From NCBI GenBank assembly GCA_963747235.1, contig CAVVEU010000024.1, positions 224,001 through 288,000 on the forward strand: a stretch of 64,000 nucleotides of DNA, in the 5' to 3' direction. The position numbers were made by a program, and so were the translations under genes. Below, in pieces: positions 19,900 through 30,892 of the stretch (position 1 is the first letter of the stretch; every line of letters begins with the position of its first letter). Source of the DNA: an uncultured Candidatus Rokubacteria bacterium (GTDB taxonomy: Bacteria > Methylomirabilota > Methylomirabilia > Rokubacteriales > CSP1-6). The notes below the pieces were generated by a model. It did no database searches. It was not told the origin of the DNA and saw only the letters and a program-made list of their open reading frames with translations.

Positions 19900-21057
19900 C
19901 TACCCGGCGACTTCCCGGTAGCTGCCCGGCTTCACCATCCATCGCTGCGGGATGCGGCCTCCGCCGGACCGGCCCACTTCGCAGCTCCACACGAGCGCGG
20001 TATCACCCGCGGGGCGCGCGTCGATCAGACTCGGCGCCGTGCTCCGGACGTGTCCGGCCATCGCCGCGCCCACCACCCGGGCCGCGCCCGTCTGGCTGAG
20101 GCGGTCTGCCGCGTAGGCCAGGCCCTGGATCGTGACGTCGCCGCCGACGGACAGGCTCCCGTTCACGATGAGCCACCCTCGGAACGATCCGCCGGGTCCG
20201 GCCGCACCGTCGCCGATGGTGGCCGCCGCGAGATCGGCGATGGGCGTCGCGTCGGTGATGGGCTGGCCGCTGCCCGTATCGACGAAGACTACCCCGTCCG
20301 GGATTCGGCGTGACGCGTCGAAGGTCACGGCGCCCTGATAGTAGGTGCCGCGCACCCGCGCGACGGCCTTCAGCGCCTGGAGCTCGGCCGCGCTGAAGGC
20401 GAGGCCGTCGAAGGCTCCAACCGGCTGCGCCTGGCGCATGTCGGTCGGCTCGTTCGGGATCGCCGCGTCGCCGCCCCGTCCCTGGATCTGCGCGCCGGCG
20501 CCGGCGGTGGTCACTCCGGACGACCAGGTCCCCGCGCGATCGCCACAGCTGCCATCGGCGCTGGCGTCAACGGTGACGCCAGCGCCGATCATGAGATCAC
20601 CGCGCACCGCGAGTCCGGCGGGCGGAGCCGGGAATCGGAGGCGGATGAGGGTGGCGGTGATGTTCTGGCGCGCCCGACCCAGGGGACCGGTGTCGCCGGG
20701 CACGAGGCCGATGGCGGCCACCTCTCGCTGGCGATCGCCCTCGCCGCTGACCGTGAGGCGGAAGCCACCCAGCATGGCGCCCGACTCCGTCGCCACGCCG
20801 AGAAAGACACTGCCGTCGTAAGGGGCCGCGGCCGTCCCCGACCAGGGGATCCCATCGGCGGACTCGGGAGTGCTGAGCGCCCACACTGCCCGCTCGAGGC
20901 CCGCTTCGGCCAGCGCCTGGGCCTGGACGATCATGACGTGGTTGCTCGCGATGAGCGGCTCCTGTCCCGTGAGCGACGAAAGGCCCAGCAGCACGGCCGA
21001 GAGCACCACGAGGATCAGCATCGCGATGGGAAGGACGGCGCCACGCTGGTCGCGCAT
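19900..21057 (-). CDS. PilX-like minor pilin with extended C-terminal domain
   Basis: QRG|AVLPIAML (no E5), QAQALAEAGLERA PilX N-terminal pattern. Confidence 0.75.
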   Translation of the reverse strand: MRDQRGAVLPIAMLILVVLSAVLLGLSSLTGQEPLIASNHVMIVQAQALAEAGLERAVWALSTPESADGIPWSGTAAAPYDGSVFLGVATESGAMLGGFRLTVSGEGDRQREVAAIGLVPGDTGPLGRARQNITATLIRLRFPAPPAGLAVRGDLMIGAGVTVDASADGSCGDRAGTWSSGVTTAGAGAQIQGRGGDAAIPNEPTDMRQAQPVGAFDGLAFSAAELQALKAVARVRGTYYQGAVTFDASRRIPDGVVFVDTGSGQPITDATPIADLAAATIGDGAAGPGGSFRGWLIVNGSLSVGGDVTIQGLAYAADRLSQTGAARVVGAAMAGHVRSTAPSLIDARPAGDTALVWSCEVGRSGGGRIPQRWMVKPGSYREVAG

Positions 21058-21058
21058 C

Positions 21059-21493
21059 TCAGCGGGATCCGATGTAGGTGCTGACGGTGACCGCGCCGCG
21101 ACGAGTCGAGGCCGGGCCCTGCCCCGCCGCGGCCGGGTAGGTCACGGTGACCGTGACCTGACGGACGCCGGGGGTTGCGATGCCCGAGCACCCGGGGGCG
21201 AGCTCACAGTCCCGGACGCGGACCGCTCGGCTGAAGGCGCCATGGGGCGCCGTCAGCGACGCTTCGTCGGCGAACGCGATGACATTCGCCCCGGAGCCCA
21301 CCGCCAGGCGGATCTGCTCGAGCCGCTGGGTGGCGAGAAAGGCGGCGCCGGACCGGTGGGCACCTTCGTGCACGCCGAATCCAGCGAGCGGGAGCAGGGA
21401 GATCAAGGCGACGAGGCCGATGGAGAGCACGGTGAGCGCGGAGAGAACCTCCGCGAGCGTCAAGCCATGCTCCTGCGCAAGGAGCGACCGCAC
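21059..21493 (-). CDS. PilV-like minor pilin
   Basis: EHG|LTLAEVLSAL class III signal, LATQRLEQIR, RQVTVTVTY; GTG start inferred. Confidence 0.7.
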   Translation of the reverse strand: MRSLLAQEHGLTLAEVLSALTVLSIGLVALISLLPLAGFGVHEGAHRSGAAFLATQRLEQIRLAVGSGANVIAFADEASLTAPHGAFSRAVRVRDCELAPGCSGIATPGVRQVTVTVTYPAAAGQGPASTRRGAVTVSTYIGSR

Positions 21494-21503
21494 GCGGGCT
21501 GAC

Positions 21504-21995
21504 CTAGGGGCAGACAGAGGCGGTAGCGGAAGCGAGACAGACACGGCCGGAGGCGCGCGACGATGACCCTCAAGGTCCGTCCGCTGGGCACGTCCGTCAC
21601 GGTGTACGTCGCTCCCGTGGTGGCATTTCCGAGCTGGCCGAAGATCGCGCTGGCGGTCGAGGAGAGGCTGATGTTCTCCGGCAGCCGGACGTTGCCCGCG
21701 GCGCCCGAGAGCCCGGGCAGCGAAGATCACGGTTCCGCCGCGCAGTGCTGGTCGTTCTGAACTGCATGGTGCTCGTGGTATGGGCCACGCACACCGGCCC
21801 GTTCGTCTTGATCGCCAGCTGGCGGCCCTCGTTGAGGTATGCGCTCACTGTCCGCGCCCCGGCCTGGGCCCGGGCACTCCGGAGGTAGTTCAAGAAGGAG
21901 GGCATGGCCCACGTGGTCACGATCAGGATCATGCCGACCGTGATGACCAGCTCGATAAGCGAGTAGCCGGCCTGTGTAGACCGTCGACCGGGCAT
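21504..21995 (-). CDS. FimT/GspH-like minor pilin (frameshifted near 21740 and 21555)
   Basis: QAG|YSLIELVITVG, LNEGRQLAIK; continuation in other frames gives IFGQLG...RVIVAASGRV...CP-stop. Start could be 22019. Confidence 0.7.
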
Positions 21996-22337
21996 CCGAG
22001 AGACCAGGTATCGAAGCATGGCAGCCCAGTAAGCTAGCAAGAAGGGGACCAAGGCGGGATGCACTCTTCGGGAGCCTCCCCTCTCCCCCGTCGATCCAGA
22101 GCCGCTCTGATCCTCGAGGGAACGCAGAGTGGATAGCAATATAATCAGATACTTATATACATGCTCGGCCGGCCAATTTCCGTCTCCCTTCTGCAAGGCT
22201 CTGGAGACCACCTGATTGGGTGCCACTGCACGTCACCCCAGCCGACCACCTTCGACGATTCTCGGTGGGCCGCCACACTGGCTGTAGGGCGATGGACGGT
22301 GTGACGTCAATCCTGCGACGCCTGCCACGCGAAAGCC

Positions 22338-23120
22338 TCAGCTCTGGAACTGCGCGAAGTACCATGCCAGGAGGGCCTCACCCCAGAAGAGGCTGATGAA
22401 TCCGCCCAGGGCGAGGAACGGACCGAAGGGGATCGGGTCCTTCCGGCTCTTCCGGCCGGTGGCCAGAAGGGCCGCCGCCATGGGGCCTCCCAGGAGCGTC
22501 GAGAGCAGGATGCTCAGGAGGGCAAGCTTCCAGCCGAGGAAGGCCCCGAGCATGGCCCCGAGCTTGACGTCCCCGACGCCCATGCCCGCCTGTCCGAGCA
22601 CCAGGGTGCTGGCGACGATGATCACCACGAATATGCCGCCGCCGAGTAGGACGCCCAGGAGCGAGGGCGCCCATCCGATCCCGCCCGGCGCCAGGCTGAA
22701 CAGGACGCCAAGGGCGATCCCCGGCAGGCTGAGAACATCCGGGATGATCTGGTGATCCAGGTCGATCGCGGTGATCGCCACGAGGCCGGCCAGGAGGATC
22801 AAGGCCGCCGCGAGTGCCGTGCCCGCCTCGAAGCGGCTGTAGGCCAGCACGAACAGGACGCCGCAGGCGATCTCCACCGCCGGATAGCGCCACGAGATCG
22901 GCTCCCGGCAATTCCGACAGCGCCCGCGGAGGAACGTATAGGAGAGCACCGGGAGGTTGTCATACCAGGCGATCGCGTTTCCGCACCGCGGACATGCCGA
23001 GCCGGGGAAGACGATGCTCCGGCCTTCGGGGATCCGCGCGATGACCACGTTGAGGAAGCTGCCAACGCAGAGACCGACGATCGCGATGAAGGTCAAGGCG
23101 ATCCCCTCCGAAGTCAGCAC
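22338..23120 (-). CDS. pilD: Prepilin peptidase/N-methyltransferase
   Basis: GSFLNVVIARIP, CPRC...CRNC, IDLDHQIIPD, GMGVGDVKL, IPFGPFL. Confidence 0.96.
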   Translation of the reverse strand: MLTSEGIALTFIAIVGLCVGSFLNVVIARIPEGRSIVFPGSACPRCGNAIAWYDNLPVLSYTFLRGRCRNCREPISWRYPAVEIACGVLFVLAYSRFEAGTALAAALILLAGLVAITAIDLDHQIIPDVLSLPGIALGVLFSLAPGGIGWAPSLLGVLLGGGIFVVIIVASTLVLGQAGMGVGDVKLGAMLGAFLGWKLALLSILLSTLLGGPMAAALLATGRKSRKDPIPFGPFLALGGFISLFWGEALLAWYFAQFQS

Positions 23121-23214
23121 TGCCCACTCCTTTGCTCATCACGATCACCGAGGTTGCCCAGCTGGTTGTGCATGCGCATCAACTATAAGGGCTGCGGCCG
23201 GTCCGTTCCTTCCC

Positions 23215-23256
23215 AGAAAATAAGCGGGGGAAGGAGCGGTCGGCTCCCTCCCCCGC
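23215..23256 (-). terminator. Rho-independent terminator after pilA copy 2
   Basis: GCGGGGGAGGGAGC/GCTCCTTCCCCCGC hairpin followed by TTATTTT on the minus strand. Confidence 0.75.
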
Positions 23257-23276
23257 GAGGCCCGACTCTCGGTCCG

Positions 23277-23682
23277 CTACGGAACCGAGACGCTCGTGGC
23301 GTCACCGGAGTTGGTGATGGTGAAGGTACCGGACGTCGTGGAGGCGTAGCCGTACGCGCCCCAGCCGGCCGGGCCCGCGGGGACCGAGGCCAGGAAGGGG
23401 CCGCCCGGCTGCCCGAGCGAGTTGGTGACCACCGAGGTAGAGGGCGGTCAGGGCGCCGGGGAGCGTGCCCATGTGAGCGGAGTAGATGCTGACGGCGGAC
23501 GCGAGGGCCCGGGCATCAGCCTGGGCCTTGGCCAGCCGCGCGCGCGCCTGGACGTTGGCGTACAGCGGGATGGCGATGGCAGCGAGGATACCGATGATGG
23601 CGACGACGATCATCAACTCGATGAGCGTGAAGCCGCGCTGGTTGCTCAGCAGCTTGTGCCGCCGGTGCCAGAACTTCGTCAT
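23277..23682 (-). CDS. pilA: Type IVa major pilin, copy 2 (134 aa after removing one extra base at about 23439)
   Basis: NQRG|FTLIELMIVVAIIGILAAIAIP; alignment with copy 1 identifies the extra base. Confidence 0.9.
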
Positions 23683-23751
23683 GGACTCTGCCTCCGTTGT
23701 TTTCGGTTGAGATGTTGATCCTGCGCCCGTGGCGCACCGGTCACGCTCATG

Positions 23752-23767
23752 TGCACATCGTGTGCCA
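23752..23767 (-). promoter_or_regulatory. sigma54 (-24/-12) promoter of pilA copy 2
   Basis: TGGCACACGATGTGCA, GG-N10-GC, 70 nt upstream of the ATG. Confidence 0.8.
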
Positions 23768-23868
23768 CGCGAGGCCAGACGAACACGCCGTCGGAGTGAC
23801 GCATTGAACGGCGGAGCGGCGGGGCATCGGCGGGACCGACGCGTTGGCGCGCCGACACGACATCATCA

Positions 23869-23913
23869 CAAAATGACGATCACGCGGGGAGGGGTTACCT
23901 CGCCCGCGTGATC
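23869..23913 (-). terminator. Hairpin terminator after pilA copy 1
   Basis: GATCACGCGGG...CCCGCGTGATC inverted repeat followed by GTCATTTT. Confidence 0.6.
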
Positions 23914-23943
23914 GGTTCAGCAGTTGCTGCGTTGGTTCAGCCC

Positions 23944-24349
23944 TTACGGAACCGAGACGCTCGTGGCTGTCACCGGAGTTGGTGATGGTGAAGGTACCGG
24001 AAGTCGTGGAGGCGTAGCCGTACGCGCCCCAGCCGGCCGGGCCCGCGGGGACCGAGGACATGAAGGGACCGCCCGCCTGCCCGAGCGAGTTGGTGACCAC
24101 CGAGGTGAGGGCGGTCAGGGCGCCGGGGAGCGTGCCCATGTGAGCGGAGTAGATGCTGACGGCGGACGCGAGGGCCCGGGCATCAGCCTGGGCCTTGGCC
24201 AGCCGCGCGCGCGCCTGGACGTTGGCGTACAGCGGGATGGCGATGGCAGCGAGGATACCGATGATGGCGACGACGATCATCAACTCGATGAGCGTGAAGC
24301 CGCGCTGGTTGCCCAGCATCTTCCGCTTACGATTCCAGAACCTGTTCAT
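23944..24349 (-). CDS. pilA: Type IVa major pilin, copy 1 (134 aa after removing one extra base at about 23968)
   Basis: NQRG|FTLIELMIVVAIIGILAAIAIP; SD AGGGAGG; directly downstream of pilR. Confidence 0.92.
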
Positions 24350-24423
24350 TGTAATTCCTCCCTGAACCTGTTGGCCTTTACGGCCGAGTATAGAAAGTTG
24401 AATTGCTTCTGGCAGAGAGGGAA

Positions 24424-24439
24424 TGCATCTTCGGTGCCA
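24424..24439 (-). promoter_or_regulatory. sigma54 (-24/-12) promoter of pilA copy 1
   Basis: TGGCACCGAAGATGCA, GG-N10-GC; next to the sigma54 activator PilR. Confidence 0.8.
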
Positions 24440-24626
24440 CGACCTTTCGGGGGAAACCGTCAGAGATTTGACGGTCTGGCCGAAGAGGGCAGGAGCCTAC
24501 TCCAGATTCTAAGTACTTGCTTCTATGTAATAAACTGGCTGGGCTCGTCCGCCCTGGCCCCGCGTCAGGGTTCCTGTCAGGCGTATTGCGCTTTGACGAC
24601 GGACGTAACCACATCGACGAGGAATG

Positions 24627-26024
<1,398 letters not shown>

Positions 26025-26082
26025 ATCCGCCTCGTCTCGCGGCGCCGGCTCCCGGCCCACCGCGTCAGGATGCTATTCGGAC

Positions 26083-27726
26083 TCATCTGCGGGCGGCCCC
26101 CTCGGGAGCGGGAAGCGTGAGGACGAAGGTCGTGCCCTCGCCTACGCGGCTCCGGACCTCGATCGAGCCTCCGTGCTCCTCGACGACCCGGTAGACGAGC
26201 GCCAGGCCGATGCCGCTGCCCTCCGGCTTCGTCGAGAAGAACGGCTCGAATATGTGCGGCAGGTCGGTCTCCGCGATGCCCTGGCCGGTGTCGGTGATGG
26301 AGATCTGGAGGCGGCCCCCGCGCTCGCGGAGCGACTGGGCTCCGACCCGGAGCTCACCCCCGTCGGGCATCGCCTGGACCGCGTTGAGACAGAGATTCCA
26401 CACCGCCTGCCGCAGCCGCTGGGGATCGGCGCGGGTCGGCAGCGACTCTCCGTACTCCCGCGACACCTTCAGGTTGGCGGGCAGGGTGCGATGCTCGATG
26501 AGGAGCAGCACCTCGTCGAGGATCTCCGCCATGTTGATCTCGATCGCCGCCATCGGGGCCGGGCGTGCGTACTCGAGGAAGTCCCCGACGATCTGGTTGA
26601 GCCGGGCGGACTCCCGCAGCACGATGTCGACGAGCTGGCTCCGGGTATTGTCGGGCGGCAGATCGCGGGCGAGCGCCTCGACCGCTCCCGAGATCGACGC
26701 GAGCGGGTTGCGGATCTCGTGCGCCATGTTGGCCGAGAGGCGGCCGACCGCGGCCAGCCGGTCCGCCTGGCGCATGCGCTGCTCCATCTGCTTGATGCTG
26801 GAGAGGTCCTGGCAGACCCCGATGAGGCCGGCCACGTCTCCGGTGCCGGAGCGAAGCGACCAGAACGAGATGCCAACCGGAACCTCCTGACCGTCGCGCC
26901 GGCGGAGACGGAACTCGTAGCGCGGCGCCGGCTCGCTTCCGTCCGAGACCGCGCGACTCACCTCGGCCAGGTCGACCCCGTCTCCGAAGATCGTTTCCCA
27001 CCCCTGGTCGACCGCGTCCTCCGCGCGCACGCCGGTGATGGACTCGGCGGCCCGGTTGAACGCGGTGACCCGGCCGTTCGGAGCCACGCCGACCAGCCCC
27101 GAGCCCACCGATTCGAAGATCAGGTCTCGGAAGGCCTGCAGGTCGGAGAGATGCTTCCGCTGGTCCTCCATGTGTTCCTGCAGCTCGTGATAGCGCTCCG
27201 CGAGGGCCCCGGTGACGACCGCGACCGCGAGCAGCACTCCCGCGTTCATGAAGACGGTCAAGATCTCGAGCGCGGTGTTCTCGGAGGGGGCGCCCACCTT
27301 CAACATCGGCACGATCGTGCGGCCCAGGACCGGCAGCACGTAGAGGAGACTGCAGATTCCCGCGACGATCAGGCCTCCCCGCCCGGAGAGCACGAAGCAA
27401 GAGGCCACCACGAGGAGCACGTAGAGTGGGATGAAGACCGATTGGGGCCCGCCGGTCGCGGTGATGATGCCGGTGATGAGGACCGCGTCCAACCCGAACT
27501 GGAACCACGCGATCCGCTCCAGCGGCACGCCCCGCCGCTCCCCCAGCGGCAACACCAGGCAGGCGGCGGCGCCGCCGAGCACCGCCATCGCAAACGTGCC
27601 GAAGGCGTACGGGAACGCCTCCGTGAACCGGAGCAGCGCTCCGACCGCCAGCACGATGGCGGCCGTGAGCAGTCGCGCCCGGTTCAGCCCCCACAGGGAC
27701 GAACGGAGCGCGGGCGACTTGGGCAA
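26083..27726 (-). CDS. pilS: Sensor histidine kinase PilS (about 6 TM + PAS + HisKA/HATPase)
   Basis: ATGGPQSVF PilS-type membrane motif, AHEIRNPL, NAVQAM, FEPFFSTK, GSGIGL. Confidence 0.88.
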   Translation of the reverse strand: MPKSPALRSSLWGLNRARLLTAAIVLAVGALLRFTEAFPYAFGTFAMAVLGGAAACLVLPLGERRGVPLERIAWFQFGLDAVLITGIITATGGPQSVFIPLYVLLVVASCFVLSGRGGLIVAGICSLLYVLPVLGRTIVPMLKVGAPSENTALEILTVFMNAGVLLAVAVVTGALAERYHELQEHMEDQRKHLSDLQAFRDLIFESVGSGLVGVAPNGRVTAFNRAAESITGVRAEDAVDQGWETIFGDGVDLAEVSRAVSDGSEPAPRYEFRLRRRDGQEVPVGISFWSLRSGTGDVAGLIGVCQDLSSIKQMEQRMRQADRLAAVGRLSANMAHEIRNPLASISGAVEALARDLPPDNTRSQLVDIVLRESARLNQIVGDFLEYARPAPMAAIEINMAEILDEVLLLIEHRTLPANLKVSREYGESLPTRADPQRLRQAVWNLCLNAVQAMPDGGELRVGAQSLRERGGRLQISITDTGQGIAETDLPHIFEPFFSTKPEGSGIGLALVYRVVEEHGGSIEVRSRVGEGTTFVLTLPAPEGAARR

Positions 27727-27741
27727 CCAGCAGCTCTCGGG

Positions 27742-28941
27742 CTACTTGACCAGCGTGACCAGTTTGAAGATCGGCAGGTACATGGCCACGACGAGGCCGC
27801 CGACCACCACGCCGAGGAACACGATCATCATCGGCTCCAGCAGCGAGGTGAGCGTGCTGACCGCGGTGTCCACTTCGTCGTCATAGAAGTCGGCGATCTT
27901 GCTCAGCATCGCGTCGAGGGCGCCGGTCTGCTCGCCGACCGAGATCATCTGGGTGACCATCGGCGGGAACACGCCGGAGGTGCGCAGCGGATCGGCCAGG
28001 GTCTTACCTTCCGTGACCGCGGCGCGGCACTGGAGCACCGCCTTCTCCACCACCTTGTTCCCGGCGGTCCGGGCGGTGATCCGGAGGCCGTCCAGGATCG
28101 GCACGCCGGACTGGACGAGAGTGCCCAGCGTCCGGGTGAAGCGGGCCACCGCGACCTTGCGCACGAGGGTGCCGAAGACCGGGAGCTTGAGCATCAGCGC
28201 ATCGATGGTGGCGCGCCCGCCCTCGGTTCGGTAGTAGGACCGCAGGGCCATGACCGAGCCGATCATGCCCGCGATGATCAGCAGGATGTAGGCGCGCACG
28301 AAGTTGGACAGCCACAGGACGATCATCGTGGGCATCGGTAGGTCCGCGCCGAGGTCCTTGAACATCTGGGCGAAGGTCGGGATCACGAACGTCAGCATGA
28401 AGATGACGACCATCATCGCGACCCCGATGATCGCGGCCGGGTACACCATCGCGGCCTTGACCTTGCGCTTGAGGGCGGCCGCTTTCTCGATGTAGGCGGC
28501 GAGACGCTGGAGGACGACGTCGAGGATACCGCCGGCCTCTCCCACCTCGACGAGGTTCGTGAAGAGATCATCGAAGGTTCGCGGGTGGCGCCGCAGCGCG
28601 TCGGCGAGCGTGGAGCCCGCCTCCACGTGGCGGGCGACCTGTCCGGTGACGCTCCGGAGCGTCTTCGACTCGCTCTGCTCGGCGAGGATGTTCAGGCACT
28701 GCACCAGCGGAAGACCGGCGTCGATCATGGTGGAGAACTGGCGGGTGAAGATCGCCATCTCCTTGTCCTTGACCTTGCCGCCGAACTTGAAGGATATCTT
28801 CGGCGCCGTCTTTTCCGCGATCTTGGTGACGAGAATCGAGCGGCGCCGAAGCTCTCCCACCGCCGCCGAGCGGTCGGGAGCTTCGATCTCGCCGTTCTGG
28901 TTTCCACTGGCGGTGCGACCCTGATAGACGAAGACAGCCAT
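27742..28941 (-). CDS. pilC: Type IV pilus platform protein PilC
   Basis: FTRQFSTMIDAGLPL, GEAGGILD, GEQTGALDAML, AMYLPIF. Confidence 0.96.
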   Translation of the reverse strand: MAVFVYQGRTASGNQNGEIEAPDRSAAVGELRRRSILVTKIAEKTAPKISFKFGGKVKDKEMAIFTRQFSTMIDAGLPLVQCLNILAEQSESKTLRSVTGQVARHVEAGSTLADALRRHPRTFDDLFTNLVEVGEAGGILDVVLQRLAAYIEKAAALKRKVKAAMVYPAAIIGVAMMVVIFMLTFVIPTFAQMFKDLGADLPMPTMIVLWLSNFVRAYILLIIAGMIGSVMALRSYYRTEGGRATIDALMLKLPVFGTLVRKVAVARFTRTLGTLVQSGVPILDGLRITARTAGNKVVEKAVLQCRAAVTEGKTLADPLRTSGVFPPMVTQMISVGEQTGALDAMLSKIADFYDDEVDTAVSTLTSLLEPMMIVFLGVVVGGLVVAMYLPIFKLVTLVK

Positions 28942-28962
28942 CGTGTAAGCCTCCCCGGTGGA

Positions 28963-30096
28963 CTACCGTCTGCCGAATGGAGAGCCGCCCGCGCCCGCGA
29001 CCGCGGCGGGCGCGCCCGCGGGGGCGGCCGGAGCGTTCCCGAGCAGTCCCGCGAGCTCTTCGGGCAGCGTGCTGCGGTTCAGCGCTTCTTCCCGGCTGAT
29101 GCGGCGCTTCTGCACCAGCTCGGCGAGCGACTGGTTCATGGTCTGCATGCCGAACTTCTGGCCCGCCTGCATGGCGGAATAGATCTGGTGGACCTTCTCC
29201 TCGCGGATGAGGTTCCGGATCGCGGGAGTCGCGACCATGATCTCCAGCGACATGGCCCGGCCCCGGCCGTCCGCGGTCGGGATCAATTGCTGCGACATGA
29301 CGCCCTCGAGCACCAGGGAAAGCTGGGCGCGCACCTGCGCCTGCTGGCTGGTGGGGAACACGTCGATGATCCGGTTGATCGTCTGAGCGCAGGAGTTGGT
29401 GTGGAGCGTGCCGAGCGTCAGGTGGCCGGTCTCGGCGATGGTCAGGGCCGCCGAGATGGTCTCGAGGTCGCGCATCTCACCGACGAGCACGACGTCGGGG
29501 TCCTGGCGCAGGATCGACTTCAGCGCGTTCTTGAACGAGTGCGTGTCCGAGAAGACCTCGCGCTGGTTCACCATGCACTTCTTGTGCTGGTGCACGAACT
29601 CGATCGGGTCCTCGATGGTGACGATGTGCTCCGAGCGCTCGGAGTTGACCTTGTCCACCATCGCGGCCAGCGTCGTCGACTTGCCGGAGCCGGTGGGGCC
29701 GGTGACCAGGATCAGGCCCTTGGGCCGGTCGGCCATCTGCTCGACGATCGCGGGAAGCCCCAGCTCGTCGAAGGTCCGGATCTTCACCGGGATGACGCGG
29801 ATGGCGCAGGCGACCGCGCCCCGCTGGCGGTAGACGTTGCAGCGGAAGCGAGCGAGCCCGTGGATGCCGAACGACAGGTCCAGCTCGTTCTCTTCCTCGA
29901 ACTTCTGCTTCTGGCCCTCGTTGAGGACGCTGTAGGCCAGGCGCTGCGTATCGGTCGGGCTCAGCGATTCGAACTGGGTGATCGGCGTGAGCTTGCCGTT
30001 GAGCCGGATCTGCGGGTGCGTGCCCGTCGTGATGTGGAGGTCGGAGGCTCCACGCTCGATCATCAGGGTCAGCAGGTCGTGCATCGTGGCCGCCAT
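28963..30096 (-). CDS. pilT: Pilus retraction ATPase PilT
   Basis: GPTGSGKSTT, TIEDPIE, LRQDPD, ETGHL, AIRNLIRE, GMQTM. Confidence 0.97.
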   Translation of the reverse strand: MAATMHDLLTLMIERGASDLHITTGTHPQIRLNGKLTPITQFESLSPTDTQRLAYSVLNEGQKQKFEEENELDLSFGIHGLARFRCNVYRQRGAVACAIRVIPVKIRTFDELGLPAIVEQMADRPKGLILVTGPTGSGKSTTLAAMVDKVNSERSEHIVTIEDPIEFVHQHKKCMVNQREVFSDTHSFKNALKSILRQDPDVVLVGEMRDLETISAALTIAETGHLTLGTLHTNSCAQTINRIIDVFPTSQQAQVRAQLSLVLEGVMSQQLIPTADGRGRAMSLEIMVATPAIRNLIREEKVHQIYSAMQAGQKFGMQTMNQSLAELVQKRRISREEALNRSTLPEELAGLLGNAPAAPAGAPAAVAGAGGSPFGRR

Positions 30097-30355
30097 TGGT
30101 TCCCTTGAACCTCCCTATAGACCTGAGTGTATGCCCCAGGGCCCCTCAAGGCGCATGCAACCTGCGTTCCAGATTGCCCGGGTATTCCGCGAACGCGACG
30201 GATGCCCGGGCGGTGCCGGGTCACCAGTGGCGACAAGTCATTCTAGCCCAGGGTGGTTTTACCAAGCGCTTATTGGCTGAGGCCCCGGGAGGGGGCCGGG
30301 CGGATTCCAGGCGGGGATTCCACACCGGGTGTAGCTCCGGTGCGCGAAATGAGGG

Positions 30356-30892
30356 CTAGCGAACGCCTCCGAGGCGCTTCAGAACCTCGCTGAAGGCCTT
30401 CTGGGCCTGGTCCTCGTAGAGCACGAAGAGGACCTTCTCCAGGCTCGAGGTCCCTCGCTTGACGTGCTCGACCACGGTGGTCAGCATCGCGTCGGCGGAC
30501 TGCGCCGCCGGCACGCCGCCCACTCCACTCCCGAGGGCCGGGAACGCGAGCGACGAGAGCTTGTGCTTCTCGGCGATCGCCAGGGTGGCCCGGGTGGCCG
30601 CGATGATGTTGTCGGGGTCCGCCTTGAGGTCCTTCCCCATGGTGACCGCGTGAATGACGTGGGTCGCCGCCAGGTTCCCGGCGACCGTCAGCACCGCCTC
30701 GCCGATCTCCAGCGGCCCTTGCCGGATGGCATCTTCCTCGATGACCACTCCGCCCTTGCGCTTGAGCGCCCCGGCGACGCCGGCGCCCATCCACAGCTCG
30801 GCGTTGGCGGCGTTGACCACCGCGTCGACCTCGGCCTCGGTGATATCCCCGCGCTCGACGATGACGGTCGTCTTGCCGATCTTGCACTTCAT
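30356..30892 (-). CDS. Macro domain protein (ADP-ribose binding/hydrolase, YmdB-like)
   Basis: GDIT, DAVVNAAN, GAGVAGAL, VIHAV, AFPALGSGVGG; ATGA overlap with the mazG stop. Confidence 0.9.
   Translation of the reverse strand: MKCKIGKTTVIVERGDITEAEVDAVVNAANAELWMGAGVAGALKRKGGVVIEEDAIRQGPLEIGEAVLTVAGNLAATHVIHAVTMGKDLKADPDNIIAATRATLAIAEKHKLSSLAFPALGSGVGGVPAAQSADAMLTTVVEHVKRGTSSLEKVLFVLYEDQAQKAFSEVLKRLGGVR

Noticed and set aside
22210-22225. sigma54 promoter for the minor-pilin genes
   Set aside because: TGGCAC is present but the -12 position reads GG, not GC.
23277-23682. Silent pilS-type cassette for antigenic variation
   Set aside because: Copy 2 has a full N-terminus, SD, sigma54 promoter and terminator, so it looks expressed.
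23277-24349. Conductive e-pilin
   Set aside because: Positions 27, 32 and 57 are V, R and L, and F/W/Y are only 8 of 117 residues; does not meet proposed e-pilin criteria.
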